A stretch of 64,000 nt of DNA from Emiliania huxleyi CCMP1516 (Eukaryota): positions 186,001 through 250,000 of the forward strand of contig NW_005201213.1 of the NCBI RefSeq assembly GCF_000372725.1, given 5' to 3'. Every line of letters starts with the position of its first letter. The first letter of the stretch is position 1. The position numbers and the translations under genes were made by a program. This document shows, piece after piece, positions 63,150-64,000 of the stretch. The notes beneath the pieces are model-generated. The model searched no databases, was not told where the DNA came from, and saw nothing but the letters and a program-made list of their open reading frames with translations.

Positions 63150-64000
63150 TTTGAGCGGTGTTCTGCACACGAGGGGAGCGCACACCGTGAGTCGGGGGAT
63201 GCGAACGCGTAACGCTTGTGGGTTTGATTGTGCGCTCTGGGATGGGGAGGCGGCAGAGGCGGAGCCGGAGGCGGCAGCGGCGGTGGCGGAGCAGTGGCAG
63301 CGGAGGCCGGCGGCACACAAGAGCTGCTCGGGCGTGAGGGAGGGCGGCGGCGGCGGCCTTGAAGTCGATCGTCGATCAAAATCGGTTCCTCGGACACACC
63401 GTTTACGCAGCGCTTACCTCTTGGTCTGAGGTGTGAAGCGATGGAGGCGCTCGCCGCGTGCGGCGATTGAGCGCCTCCCTCTCTCTCCGGCTGCGCGCCT
63501 GACCGGTGCAGCCTCCGAGTCGGCGTCTAGCGCGCGCGATAAGGTTTTTGCTCGCCTTCCCTGGGACCCCGTGTTGCGTGACTCTGTGCGATTCCGGGCC
63601 CGGGTTGTGCGTTTACGTGAACCGCGCCATTGCTGCTGTAACTGTTACGTCTTCGGTCCCCGCGGGAAGCCCCGCGCATAGGACAACAACGTCTGTCCCA
63701 CACACGCACAGTCCACAGACGCGCACATACATCATGCTCGGGCACCCCCCACAGTGACTGTAGTGGTGTGAGCACACACGCAAAATCGGCTTTTTAGTTT
63801 TTGGGGCACACACATCACTCCAGACACGCGGACACACACAGAAGGACCGCATGCACGCCACGCGAACCTAGCTTAGAGTACTCTCACAACACGCGCATCA
63901 GCCCGCCGATCGTTGGGCGCCTGCCTACGCTCCGGCCGCGGTGTACCCCGTGGCGCACTCCTGCCTAGCCGGGCGCTTCGCTGAGAGCTCCGCTCTCACG

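Overview
GC-rich eukaryotic nuclear DNA with three 100-N scaffold gaps. By inference it is from a haptophyte alga of the Emiliania huxleyi type: many GC-AG introns, tandem-repeat-filled introns, AP2-like repeat proteins and SPPP-rich surface proteins. Recognisable genes: Nudix hydrolase, ABC1 kinase, a spliced GNAT-CAAX protease fusion, TRM61, a TPR protein, a JmjC protein, SMN, SEC31, a ~2,200-aa membrane metallopeptidase, an F-box-like protein, two AP2-repeat proteins, an ADP-ribosyltransferase-LRR protein and a myosin head. Mobile DNA: CRE-like retroelement ends, a 753-bp TIR element and an endonuclease-less Penelope-like RT followed by a very hairpin-rich 3' region. The strongest unusual signal is that many introns, in unrelated genes, start with a 7-30 nt copy of the start of the next exon and are filled with telomeric, micro- or minisatellite DNA. 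This points to intron birth by local duplication plus filler synthesis. All splice models were read by eye and need RNA-seq confirmation.
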